Shown here: in pieces, positions 39,435-53,053 of the stretch
How positions within the stretch are numbered: position 1 is the stretch's first letter
Layout: each line of letters starts with the position of its first letter
Origin: Octopus sinensis
Taxonomy: Eukaryota
Direction of reading: 5' to 3'
Length of the DNA stretch: 64,000 nt
NCBI RefSeq assembly: GCF_006345805.1
Contig: NC_042998.1
Span: 106,144,001-106,208,000 of the forward strand
Translations under genes and position numbers: made by a program
The notes under the pieces: model-generated
What the model was told of the DNA's origin: nothing
The model's database searches: none
The model's input: only the letters and a program-made list of their open reading frames with translations

Positions 39435-40509
39435 GTGCATGTATACATATACACACATGTGTAGAGCATCATATGCATGCATGCACACACATACACACAA
39501 TACACACATACACACACACAAACATACACACACATATTGCATATTTCTTTAGATTAATTAATCAGTCTTAATAGTTTCTTTGAAATTACTTCTTGTTTCT
39601 TTTCCAATTAGATAAGAATTTAATTTTATTATCATTCACAACTTCAAAATTTTAATCGTATTTCTTTAATTATATCTATTTCAAATGGAGTTATGAACTT
39701 AAGCATATATGCATACATGCAGCTATCTATGTGTGTGCATGTGGAGAGTGTTGATGTAGGCATGGGTGTGTTTGTAGTAGTTGCATGTGTCAGAGTGTGT
39801 GTGCACTCTTGGTAGCAATTGTATTGAAACAATGCTTGTCTGCAGAAGTTTATTATATTGTATGTGCATAAATGTGTATGTGTAAATTTGGTGACATTAA
39901 TTGGTGTAAGTGCATGGTGATATCAGTGTGTGTGCATGTGTGTGTGTGTGCATGTGCATATGTATTAACAGGCAGTGTGTGTAAATGAGTTTGTTTGCAA
40001 ATAAATGTGTTGAGGATCAAGTGTAGGAAGACATTGCAAGGTTGTATGTATGTACAATGGTAATGGTGGGTGCATGTATGTGTTTGCGCATGTGTGTGTG
40101 TGTGTGCAAGTTTGTGTGCGCATAATTTCAAAGTGTCTTTTGGTGGAAGAACAAAATTGTGCATATGTAAATTGGAACAAACCAGTGTTGAGAGTGAACG
40201 CAAGTAATAAAAAGAATGGGGTGTTCTATGTCAGAGAGACACCCTGGAACTTTTGAAACTTTCATGACTTTATTTAACTCTCACCATTTCGATTTGTACT
40301 TAATTCCAGCTACCTTGCCCAATTCATTAAATTTCATCAGGATAAGCATACCTATATTCTTTGTCACTTCCTTTCAATTGTCTTAACTCTTCTCTCAAAA
40401 CACACTTGAAACTCAGAGTAACTAGGAGTTTGAATCAAACTGTTTTGATCTGTATATGTGCACATGCAATTGTTTATATATACATATATATATATAATTT
40501 TAGTTCTCC

Positions 40510-40805
40510 TCAGAGAGAACTGGCCAAAATGTCTCTCCACACCAGACATTGACATGAAACTAGAATGTTTCAAGTCTGTTGTGCAAGCCATATGCCAGAA
40601 ATATGTCCCAGAGCACAAGGCCAAAACAAATAGGAACAAGATTCCAAGGGAGAGGAAGATCCTCATGAGACGATGGACGAAGGTTGCAAATCAACTCAAC
40701 CAACATCCCAAAAGTAGCAAAAGGTCCCGCCTAAACACAACATTGATGGAGATTGATTAAAGGCTGCAACAGTCCTATGTGATGGAGGAAGCAGACAAAG
40801 AAGCA
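40510..40805 (+). mobile_element. CR1-group LINE fragment, relative of the 18.3-21.5 kb element
   Basis: ENWPKCLSTPDIDMKL...VQAICQKYVPE...NKIPRERKILMRR aligns with QNWPKCLSSPDIDVKL...NKIPRERKILMRR. Confidence 0.9.
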
Positions 40806-42044
40806 TATCTCAGATACTTTTTATAGCTAAAAGAGCCCACTCCTTCATAAGTCTGACCACAATTGATAACTTCCAGAAAAGTGGAAAGAGACTGACAGAA
40901 AGAAAATAAATATCCAGTTATACATACATCAACACACATATGCTCCCATATATGTGGCGTTAGTCTTCAGCCATTGGGGTCTGAATGAGAGTTCCATTGA
41001 AGAGAGTCAATGTTTACTACTGGATGTTAGCTGGTGACTGGTCAAGAAAGGTCACATGGTATAGAGGTTTGATGTATATATGTACATGCCCATATATCTG
41101 TGTGTATATATCCGTACTCATACAAGTGTGTACGTGTGATTATATGTACATTCAGACATACACACAGAGATACATACACACATATACATATGCACACACA
41201 TACACACACACAGGGACACACACGCATGTGCCCACCTTTATCTCCATGTACATATGCACCTGAGCATATGTAAGTGTGTATGTGTACATATATGAACAAA
41301 CATGGGAGCACATGTGCATGGACATGCATATGCACAGTCAAGCACATGCATGCATGCCCACATGTACTTGTGTGGTCAAGCACAAGGGGTGAAAATATGC
41401 AGGCAGACAGGCATGGAGAAGCGTTGGGGATTGGTGATTTGCAGTACTGTTCATGGGAGTTAATTTGTGGCAGTGAAATAAATTCTGGGGTCAAAACATT
41501 TGACTAAAAATTCTTCAATGTGATGCTCCAGCATGGCCGCAGTCTAATGACTGAAACGAGTAAAAGATAAAAATAAGACAAGATACACTTTAAACGTTTT
41601 TCTGTCCTCAGGCACACAAATAAATATTTATTTCTTCTATATCAGATATTAGAAAAAGATATCAAATACTGCACATGGCGACCTGGTTAATGGATTATCA
41701 ATACAAGATGATTGTATATGAAGGGAGCTAAAAGTTCATTCAACAGCAGGCATACCTTTGAGAAAGGTTGGGAGACACATTCTAAGTGAAAGTGAGAGAT
41801 TTACAAAGTATGTGGTTACCTAGCAAACAAAAGATATTTGGTTTCAATAATATCTATAGTATATTTCTTTTGATGTGAAATTGATATTTACAAAGTTAAA
41901 ATTAATGTTTAATATTGTTTACATTAAATATTTTACATTGAACGTTATAAGCATAAAAGTGAGACAGCAGGTCAGCTGACGAGACTTGAACCATGTTTGC
42001 ACTGGCTGATGGCCGACTGTATACGTGTTCAAAAATTTTAGCTC

Positions 42045-42546
42045 TCTCTTTTATCTTTTACCCTTTACTTGTTTCAGCCATCAGACTGCGGCCATGCTGG
42101 AGCACCGCCTTGAAGAATTTTAGTTGAATGAATTGATCCCAGTACTTATTTCTTCTTTAAAGACCGATACTTATTCTATTGGTTGCTTTTGCTGAACCGC
42201 TAAGTTACAGGAATGTAAACACATCAATAGTGGTTGTCAAGCATTAAGGTGGGGACAAACACAATCACACACATAGGTATATACATATATATGATGGGCT
42301 TCTTTCAGACATAAAGACACACACAAAAATGTATATACACATAAATATGGTGCATATATACACACACATATGTAGGCATAGGAGTGAGTGACAATGTGGT
42401 AAGTAGCTTGCTTACCAAACACATGATTCTGGGTTCAGTGCCACTGCATGGCATCGTGGGTAGGTGTCTTTTGCTATAGCCTCGGGCTGATGAAAGCCTT
42501 GTGAGTGGATTTGGTAGACGGAAGCTGAAAGAAGCCCATTGTACAT

Positions 42547-42599
<53 letters not shown>

Positions 42600-43060
42600 A
42601 TGTATGTATGTATGTAGGTATGTATATGTATATGCATGTGTGTGCGTCTGTATTTGTTCCCCTAACATTGCTTGACAACGGATGCTTGTATGTTTACGTA
42701 CCCGCAACCTAGCGGTTCGGCAAAGGAGACTGATAGAATGAGTACTAGGCTTACAAAGAATAAGTTCTGGGGTCAGTTTGCTCAACTAATGGTGGTGCTT
42801 CAGCATGGCGACAGTCAAATTACAAAAACAAATAAAAGAGTAAAAGAATAAAAGAAGATATATATATATTTATGAGTGTGTGTCTTTGTGTCTGTGTTTG
42901 TCCCCCGACCATCATTTGACAACTGATATTAGTGTGTTTACATACCCGTAACTTAATGGTTCAGCAAAAGAGACCGATAGAATGAGTATTAGGCTTACAA
43001 AGAAAAGGTCCTGGGGTCGATTTGTTTGACTGAAACACTTTAAGGCAGTGCTCCAACTAC
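42045..43060. mobile_element. Cluster of SINE family A copies (42045-42305 minus, 42373-42850 plus, ~42870-43060 plus partial)
   Basis: Head and tail motifs as in the other family A copies. Confidence 0.85.
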
Positions 43061-43449
43061 AAGGTGGAGGAGGTATGTGTTTAAAAAGATGGATGGATGG
43101 ATGGGTGGGTGGATGGATGGACGGATGCATGGATGGATGCCTGGATGGATGGCTGGATGCATGGACAGATGTATGAATGGATTGATGGATGGATGGATAG
43201 ATGGATGAGTGAGAAAAAGGAGGATAAATTGATAAGTAGTGTTCAATAGATAGAGAATTTTAATGATGAAATATCAAAGAATATTTTACTGAATTGACTT
43301 CAGTGAACAAGAATGTCTGGCAGAAGAAGAAAGTTATTAAAAGCTTAAAAGATTTTTCAATACAAATCAGCAATAATATGTAAATCAAATTATTGTAAAT
43401 ACAATAACACAGGAAGTAAGATTAGAAATGAATGAAATATTTTAGCTGC

Positions 43450-44815
43450 TGGCAACGCAGCATTATAGTCAACTATTACAAAAGCAAAGGAGTTTGCCTT
43501 AGAGAGGTAATTACAAGGATATCAGATTGCTGGACCAGGTCATGAAGGTCACAGAAAGAGTTATAGCTCAATTGATCAAGGAGATAGTTAACCAAGATGA
43601 GAAGTAGTTTGGGTTTGTACCAGTTAGAGGTTCTAAAGAACTACTGATGCCCTTTTCCTAATGTAACAACTGCAGGAGAAGTACTTGGCTAAAGTAAACC
43701 TCTTTTATCACTTTGTTGACCTGGAGAAAGCTTTTTAACAGAATTCTTTGCTTGGTGGTTTAGGGATCACTGAGGAAGCTAATGAGAGCATACAAGCCAT
43801 ATAAGATGGAAGTTAGAAACTATAGTCATTGCTAACTCTCAACAAGAGGAGAGTTAGCAATAAGTACAGTGACAAATCTAGTGTGCAAGTAGGAGTCAAT
43901 TAGGACTCAGTGCTCAACCCATTTCTATTTATCATGATTCTCCAGGCTATAAAGGGGGAGTTTAAGACTAGATGCCAGTGGGAACTCCTTTATGGAAATA
44001 ATTATAGCTGTTATAATGGAATCAGAAGTAGAGTTAGAAAAGAAATTCCAAACATGGAAGCAAAGAATGTCAAAATTAACTTACCAAAGACTAAAGTCTT
44101 TGTGAGTAGGAAAACAGACAGGACTCTATATTACCATTCAGGAAATGGTCCTACTTGATATGTAGAGAAGCAATAGAGAGAAATTTGATATGGTGTACCC
44201 AATGCAAACTATGGACACACAAGTGGTGCAGTGGAATTATAGTCAGATTATCAGAGAAGGGGAACTTTGAATGTGGAAGATTCATAAGAAATAGATGCTC
44301 TTAAATACCCAAGGGGATACCTAGAAATAGTTGGTAGCTTCTGTTATCTCAGTGACATAATCAGCAGTGATGGTGGATGCTCTCAAAGTATAGTAGTCAG
44401 AGAAAGAAGAAACTGGGGTAAAATTCAGGGATCTGTTATTTCTGTAGGTAACAAAAAGGTTTCTATTTCCGGGTGAAAGACAAAGTGTATGGTGCTTGTG
44501 TGTGAACTACATTGTGGAGGAGGACCTAGAAAGAAAGAAAGCATGCTCTACTGTTTGCATAGAGTTAACGTACATGATCGATGGAGCACAAATATATTGA
44601 GTGAGAGAAAAACTGGGCATAAGTGGAATAGAAAGAACACTGCAGTGGTATGAGAAAGTGATGTATAAAATAGCGCCAGTCGCCCACAGTAGATAGAATC
44701 TGTGGAAGACAAAGACTCAGGGAAATTTGGGATGAGGTGATAATGGCTGATCTCTTCCATGCTGAGGGTCATGGAAGAGATGATAAGGAATTGAAATGAT
44801 TAGTGAAAAGCAGTA
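43450..44815 (+). mobile_element. Degenerate RTE LINE (RT, PHD insert, C-terminus)
   Basis: Homologous to the 26.3 kb and 53-54 kb RTE pieces: LLDQVMKVTER, VLNPFLFIMILQAI, NLPKTKVFVSRK, then a CTQC..WTHKWC remnant. Confidence 0.8.
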
Positions 44816-45891
44816 CTCAAGAGGACTCTCCTCTGAGCCACTTTCTATTGATATCCCTTATTCTTTTTATAATTGATGACCCACGTGCATACATTTTTGG
44901 TATCAATCTCTTAAATCCCAACCTTTAATCTCAAACACTTCATTCTGTCTCTTGTCCTTCCATTACTCTCCTATCTACTGTATTATCATCATCCTTAGAA
45001 ACGAAAGTAGAACCTGTTACTATATACCACACCATATCACCTCATCTTCTGCAATATTCCAAACAGCATCCATCCCTCATTTTTATCATACTCCACATAC
45101 ATACATACACACATACAAACACACACTCACACAAACACACATATATACATATATAGTGTATATATAGAATATTATTAAGTAATTGCAATGAGGATGAGAA
45201 AAAGATTAATCTAATATAGAAGAAAATATTTAAACCTAAAGAAATAATTAATAAAATGGTGCTATGATGATGATGATGATGATAATAATAAACAAACACC
45301 AGATGAAGAGAACGCTCTAATTTACTAATTAGATGGAATTTGTTTACTCTTTGTTGCACTATAGACAGTGCTGTTAATAGGGTTGTTGTTGTTGCTGTTG
45401 ATACTGCAGCTGATTTTGTTGCTGTGTAATTTTTGTACTTGGTAACAGTTTCACAGTTTGTACTTGACAACAGCTCTCTATCTTCAATGAACCAGTCACT
45501 GGGTTACTGTATCTCTTATGATAAGATTAACAAAAGGTATTTTTACACTCAGTGTTTGAAGTCTTTTCCCTTGCAACCTAAGATGGCTCATGTAAAGGTG
45601 AAAGTTTGTTTTATATTCTGATTGTCAAGTGCAGAAATTTTCTGTTCAGAGTGTAGGATTTGGTATTGACTTTCGTGGGGGTCAAAGGTTAGCACATCGA
45701 TGCCTGGATGTGCTAACCCTTGTAACACAGTGTCTCACATAACATGACAGTAGAACTGTCCTCAATTCTGAAGATGTGTGTGTGTGTGTGTCTGTTTTAG
45801 AGCACTGTTGCTGCAGTGCTCTATGCTATTGTAAGACATTCCAGAAGATATTCTATAGTAATTGTACAGTAAATATATACAAAATACACAG

Positions 45892-45946
<55 letters not shown>

Positions 45947-46352
45947 AACCAAGTATTCACACCATTAATGCTGTAGCCATGTATATTACATATGTACTTT
46001 TTTGTATAATCTGATTATGAGAATAACATGATTTTATATTACAAATCTCTCAAAATACTGACTGCAATAGTCCAACCACCTACAATATTATTGAGACCTC
46101 TTTGCATAATACAGATTGTAATGGCACCAGTTATTGGTTACCTGAAACAGCTGTAAAGATAAGACCTGATTACATCATTCATGAATTTATTTACTTGTAC
46201 ATGCAACCTTTCATGTGAATACACTTCTTATGCTCACTTTTGTTTAATTGTCCATCTTTTCTACTTATATACATCATACATACATATGCACACACACACA
46301 CATATTTAAAGAGGGAGAGCAAGTGAGAGCATGAAAAGAGAGATACATGTTA

Positions 46353-46412
<60 letters not shown>

Positions 46413-46426
46413 TACATATATATATA

Positions 46427-46806
46427 TGGTAAATAGCGTGCTTACCAACCACATGGTTCCAAGTTCAGTCCCACAGCATGGCACCTTGGGCGAGTGTCTT
46501 CTACTATAGCCTCAGGCCGACCAAAGCCTTGTGAGTGGATTTGGTAGACGGAAACTGGAAAGAAGCCCATTGTATGTATGTATATATGTGTATGTGTGTT
46601 TGTGTGTCTGTGTTTGTCCCCCCAACATCACTTGACAACTGTGTGTTTACATCCCCATAACTTAGTGGTTTGGCAAAAGAGACCGATAGAATAAGTACTA
46701 GGCTTACAAAGAATAAGTCCTGGGGTCGATTCACTCAACTTAGGCAGTGCTCCAGCATGGCCACAGTCAAATGACTGAAACAAATAAAAGAGTAAAGAGA
46801 GTAAGA
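46427..46806 (+). mobile_element. SINE family A
   Basis: ...GGTTCCAAGTTCAGTCCC...GGCAGTGCTCCAGCATGGCCACAGTCAAATGACTGAAAC. Confidence 0.88.
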
Positions 46807-49800
46807 GTATATATATACATGATACAAACAAAAAGAAAATCCTGAAGATGAAGTAAAAAATAAACAAATAAGGAATACTAGGGTTATGTTCAGGAAAATT
46901 AGGAGTCTTTTATATTTCAAGCATATGCTCTTCTACAGAAATAATAGATGAGGATAGAAAAAGTGAAGAGAGAAAAGAACAAACGTGTTTCAATTATGAT
47001 AGTCACTGCATACTGGAAGAGGAAGGGGGTACTAGAGGCATAAGTAGCAAGGGAGACAACTGTGAAGCTGATTTGGGGTGTGGGTGGCAAAGAAGACGAT
47101 GGCATATGTGTGTGTATGAACAAGCATGTGTGTGTATAAAGCTGTGGTGTGCATATGTATGTGTGTGTATGGGTTGCTGTGTCTATAACTTTATGGATAT
47201 GTATGAGCAACATGTGTGTATACATTTATACCTATACACATGCACACATATGCTTATATGTATTTTCATTTCTTGGGCCTGGAGGAAGAGACAGTGGTGG
47301 TTGATGGGGAGGGGGGAGGAGGAGGAGGTTTTCTAACTTAAACCTTCAATAAAGATCCATAACCTAGGGAAACCATAGGCTCAAAACCAAAAACACTATT
47401 TCCTCTCCATCTTTCTCTCATACCAGCCAACCTCAAGTTTTCCACTCTTTCTCTTCTGTCTATTCCTTGATGGTACACAATCACCTCCTTTGTCCTTTTG
47501 TAGTCTTTCTATACTTGTAACTTAATCCATAATCAAAATATTAGTTCGAAAATCATAATTCCAGTTGTTCTTAGATTGTGAAAAGTATCATTCATAAAGA
47601 TTCTTTCTTTGAGTAATGGAAAACTTTCATCAGACTCAACCAATTTATAATAACATTAGGCCAGGCTGAATGTTAGTGAATTTAAGACACTGCCATGTAT
47701 AGAAGAGCTAAGTAAATTATACTCATCTGTAGAAGAATAAGTAAATTTTAAGAAAAGGTTATGACATTGCACTTTATCAAAAGCTCTGGAACTGACCTCC
47801 TGTCTTGCACATTTTGACAATGTCTCTCCCCAAGAGTTACTAACACAAGTCTAGCATATAAACTAGATTTTCTCACATGTCATTCACCAGTATCTTTATT
47901 TCCTTTTATCTTTTTGTTGTTGTTATTGCATTATCTTTCTTTTATTTCTTTCAATAATTTTAAGTTATAACACTACGATCTGACATTTCTATTTTCCTTT
48001 CATTTATCTGATTGAGAATGAGAGAGAGAAAGTGTAAAAGAGAGAAGATGAGGGAGATAGAAAGAGTGAGAGACATTATTTACTAGGCATTCGTTATCTT
48101 TATTGTACAGACTACACTTATTTAGAGTGATTAGTATCAATAGCATAGCCAACACCAACAGCAAAACAACCATCATCATTATCTTTGCTTTCATCACCAT
48201 CATTATCGTCATCATTATCATCATCGTCGTTGTCGTCACCGTCCTCACCTTCATCTTCCTCATCACTGTCGTCGTTATCATCATCATTTTCATCAAAATC
48301 ACCATTGCCTTCATCATCAACAGTCATTATGAAAACCATTTGCACCACAACCTGCACCAACCACTAACATGGTTATCACTACTCCCACCACTACCACCAC
48401 CACAAGCCAACAAGCAAGCCTCAATATGGTCTCTCAATTTGTTTGAAATAGCAGCTGAGTCTCCCTTGAATGACATGTTGCTGTCATAGGAAAGAAAAAG
48501 ACCCATGTAGGGTCTTATGTAGTTGAAATAAATATAAAGGTCATGGTTGGAATGCTTTTAAACAGAGCTGGCCTGTGACTAAATAATAACAATCACCACC
48601 ACCATCACTATTTTATTCCTATATTCACAGTTAATGCAATTACTGCCATCTCTGTCCATACCATCATCATCATCATCACAACAACAAGGGAAATTCGTCA
48701 TCGTTGTCATTGTGGTTATTGTTGTTTAGCCTTTGGTCAACAATAAGTGACCAGACCTATAATCAAAAATATTTCCATCGTGACTTCCAAATTCTCTTTC
48801 AGATATTTTGTCCCACCCATGCCAGCATGGAAGGTGGACGTTAAATGACGATGATGATGATACATATATAATATAGATAGATGGATAGATGGATAGATAG
48901 ATAGATAGATAGATGGATAGATGGATAGATGAATAGATAGATAGATAGATGGATAGATGGATAGATAGATAGATAGACGGATAGATAGATAGATAGATAG
49001 ACGGATACATAGATGGATAGATAGATGGATATAATGTGTGTATGCATGTGTATATAAGGAAAGAAATTTTAGGACTACTGTTGGGTCAAATCTGAAAAAA
49101 AAATAACTGCAAACTCCTAGAATAACAGGACTTATACTCAACTAGGTACATCAAAGAGAAAGGCCATTTAGCAAAATCACCCCCTGCCTCACTGATCACC
49201 TTACACAACTATGGAAGTAACTGCATAACCAAGATCAGGTGGACCCTAACCTTGCCACCCACCACCCCCATAATGGCAATTCCCAATGTGTCTTTGACAC
49301 TGTGAGACCACCAGCTGGTTCCTCCCCTTACACCAGAGTCAAGAACCCAACATCATTTGACCTCCGAGGTGGGGGGGGGGGCCACATGATGTTGGGGCTT
49401 TCATGATCACAATATCCTTCTGGATATAAACAAACAAGAACTCTCCTCATTCCCTAGGACGAGTCCTCATGCATCACACATCTGATAGTGAAAGCCACCT
49501 CTTTGAGCGATTCAGTGATGGCCCTCACTAAGGTTATTGTCGAAGATATCCTGGATATGCTAGGTACACTTAGCCAGCCTGAACTGACCACTGAAAATAA
49601 TTCTTTCTTTTAGCTACAAATGACACATTCCTGCCCCTAGCCTACAGCTCATGTGGAACATGAAGGATCCAGCTATGTTCAAGAAGCTGTGCTTTGTGAC
49701 TAGAACCACAAACATGATGTACTCTTGCATTTACAGAGTCATATCAGAATCTGCTATGTAATACTGTCAATAAGTCTGAAAGAGAAATGTGAAAGTTAAA

Positions 49801-50006
49801 ATTTGGTGCATGGCATGAAATATTACATTGCCACCTTCTATTTATGACCACCTAAAGTTGGTTCATATTCACTCAATACATTCTGTGAATGTTACAAATT
49901 TTTCATCTCTGAAAATTAGGTAAATAGCCTACAAAATGATAATTTTCAAACGAATCTTGCTTCAACAATGTAAAAATGTCCAAAGATATTGATATTTATT
50001 TATATA

Positions 50007-50047
50007 CTTTCACCCAGGCAGTCCAGGTTTGATTCCCAGCATGGGAA
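50007..50047 (+). pseudogene. tRNA-Glu(TTC)-like 3' half
   Basis: CTTTCACCCAGGCAGTCCAGGTTTGATTCCCAGCATGGGAA resembles the anticodon-loop-to-3' half of eukaryotic tRNA-Glu(UUC) as I recall it (TTTTCACCCAGG.GGCCCGGGTTCGA.TCCCGGTATGGGAA). The 5' half is absent. Confidence 0.6.
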
Positions 50048-50056
50048 CATTAAATT

Positions 50057-50465
50057 AGGCACAGGCATAGCTGTGTTGTAAGAAGCTTGCTTCCCAACCA
50101 CATGGTTCCAGGTTCAGTCCCACTGCATGGCACCTTGGGCAAGTATCTTCAACTATACCCTCAGGCCAACCAAAGCCTTGTGAATGGATTCAGGAAATGG
50201 AAACAGAAAGAAACCTTGTATATGTGTGTGTGAGTGTGTGTGTGTGTGTGTTTGTCCCCACCACCATCACTTAACAACCAATGTCGGTGTGTTTGTGTCC
50301 CTGTAACTTAGCAGTTCAGTCAAAGAGACCAATAAAATAAGTACTAGGCTTACAAAGAATAAGTCCTAGGGTTGATTTGTTCAACTAAAACCCCTTCAGC
50401 TGTTGCTCCAGCATGACCACAGTCACATGACTGAAGCAAATGAAAGGATAAAAGAATAAAAGAAT
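50057..50465 (+). mobile_element. SINE family A
   Basis: Full head AGGCACAGGCATAGCTGTG..., internal (TG)n, tail CAGTCACATGACTG. Confidence 0.85.
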
Positions 50466-52716
50466 ACTTATTTATTTATATATCAAGCTGTTTACTTGTT
50501 TTTTATTTACTTGTTTTGTTAAATTTGTTTCTATTTGTCAATATTATCATGGTTGGAATGATTTTGACAAATTCTGAAAACGTGTAAGAATTTCAATGCG
50601 AAACAACTCAGCTGTTAACTAAGATAACTATTTTGCAGCTATATACACAATAAGAGACAGACAGAGCAATTTACTTTATGTAAAAGACTCCATTATATAA
50701 TACTTGTGAGAGGCCAAGCAGGGACACATAAAGTGCTTCAATGGGATTGCTTGAACTACTAGAAATAGCAACCGAATTCTCTCTTTCTTGAAGCTATGCC
50801 CTACTATTTTTTTAAAACAAAAAGGATTTGGTTAAAATGCTTTTGATCATCAATCAGTATAGGGCTCACCTGGTGCTAAACAAGAATAACTTATGTGAGA
50901 ATTTCAAATTAAAGAGCTTTCTGCCTCAGTAGTTCAGATGTTTAACTATAACTTTTAGCGAACAAATAGCTTTTAGCATGAAATATTCAAATAGGAAATG
51001 ACAATTGAGAGCAATACATTTACTAATGCAGTGTAGAAATGACAGCAAAAACAGTTGCAGAGCATATCAGCTTTTGTGTAACAGCCTCAAATCAATATGA
51101 TATGCTACAGTACAGAGATGTAACTTGACTGCAGATCTTATATTGTAATCTAAGTCTGCTGCCAAATTCAGTCTTCTGTATAACATAGCTAGATAGCTGG
51201 CACATTGTTAGGATGTTAAACTTACCCAAAACGCACAGAAACAGAGATTGAGTCATTTAACTTCTAACCTAAATTTCAGTAACTTTTCACTGTAAGTCCT
51301 TTTAGAGAATAGATCTTTTAAATATTTTTGCATAGATTGCAGTTTTACATACTGCTATTATGAGCTGTAGTATGGCACTCTTCTATTGCATAGTAGATAT
51401 CACAATTAGGAATTCCATTATTGTAATGCAGGTTGCAGTAAGGCGAAACATTCCATTATTGCTGAATAAATCACAATGTGGTCTAGTACGTTCCCTTAAG
51501 GTATTTCATAGAAGTAGGAATATGTTTCATAAAATAAGCTCACTGGTAAAGATTCTGTTACATGTTGGGATGGTGGATTGGTAAAATCAGAAAAAAAGAT
51601 CAAACAATATGACTTACTGCATTTAATTATATCCTTTTACATTCTTAGTTCAAATTCCAGAGGGATCAACTTTGCTTTTCATCCTTTTGGGGTCAATGAA
51701 ATAAAAATCAGTCAAGTGTGTTGATACATTCAACGTAATACTCTTCCTCTTCCTTCACCTACAAACAAAACCACTTGTGGCTCAGTTACTCAATTAGAAT
51801 CAAATATTACCTGAAATGAGATGGATGGCAATTCTTTCAGACAATTCCCACAAATTATTATCCAATTTTTTTAAAGATAAAGGATAACTATAAACAAAAA
51901 TATTGTAAAAGAGTAATCAGAGCATATATTTAAAAGAAAATACAGTGATCACTCACCATATTGTGGTTCACCCATAATGCACGCAGCACATCATAGATTT
52001 TTCTGGTTAATATATGTAAATTTATATTACGGACTCCTCAGTATATCACAGGTTTCTGCGGCCAATAGGTATTTATATTTTTTTAGATCTTAATTATCAT
52101 TTCTATGATAAAATAAGCATTTTCACACCTAAAAATTAATAAATTGATAAATAAAAATATAGTACAGTACTGCACTGTATAACACATTAATTTAAATATA
52201 TTAAAAGAAAATACGTAGTGTACCGTAGATGAGTAAACAAAGAATTGCACATACTGTATGGAAAACGAAACTCGGGAGGCGAGCGTATGGTACTGCTTTG
52301 CATTTATAATAATACAGAGACACAGGAGGAAACAACTTCAAGGCTGGCATGGTCACTGATATGTTTAGTTGTGGTATGGTTGAGTTCTTTGAGTTTCTTA
52401 TAGACATCATTTGAGCTGTTGACATGACCAAGAAGAGCAAGAAATAAAAGTTTGGGAAATTGGGACAAGGTCCAGGAAATTTTATAGATTGGGCCATGTG
52501 TGTCAGAGTTGAGAGTTCCAAGATTTCACTTGGATTTGGTTTATGTACCCTAATGAAGTGGTAGGATGGTGTAATCTTTACTGCTTTTGTTTCATATCCT
52601 CAGACATTAACCAAGTCTTTGGAATTATTGTAAGCTATACATACTTCCAATTTTGACAAGCCGTCCAACCCATGCCAACACGGAAAACAGACATTAACTG
52701 ATGATGATGATGATGA

Positions 52717-52747
<31 letters not shown>

Positions 52748-52755
<8 letters not shown>

Positions 52756-52927
52756 ATGTTACATTACTCGGTAGTCAAGATAAAACTCTGAGTTTCAGAT
52801 GCCGAAGTGGAAATCCACAACACCATCTCTTCGGTTATAACCGAAGAGATGGTGTTGTGGATTTCCACTTCGGCATCTGAAACTCAGAGTTTTATCTTGA
52901 CTACCGAGTAATGTAACATATTGTATA
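52748..52927. repeat. Perfect 180-bp palindrome with no spacer
   Basis: 90-bp arms centred on GGTTA|TAACC (52837/52838), embedded between (TA)n tracts. Confidence 0.95.
52837..52895 (+). ncRNA. Hammerhead-like motif (variant core), mirrored on minus strand
   Basis: AUAA-CCGAAGA-GAUG...CAUC-U-GAA-ACUCAGAGU-U-UUAU: U4C variant core, one extra U before GAAA, near-palindromic stem III and a 4-bp stem I. Confidence 0.5.
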
Positions 52928-52993
52928 GATAAATTTCCTCTATTTACATAATATTGAGGTCTCTTTCTTTCTTTTGTTATCTTACCGTTTTAT

Positions 52994-53051
<58 letters not shown>

Positions 53052-53053
<2 letters not shown>

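Noticed and set aside
45042-45470. 142-aa minus-strand ORF as a host exon
   Set aside because: No recognisable domain, it runs into simple repeats, and there are no convincing splice signals.
48000-48489. Acidic (D/E-rich) or Ser/Ile-rich ORFs
   Set aside because: A degenerate (ATC/GTC)n trinucleotide tract that is open in many frames, with no domain or splice evidence.
52330-52650. Possible further PLE endonuclease remnant on the minus strand (YKISW...)
   Set aside because: Too degenerate to support without an alignment.
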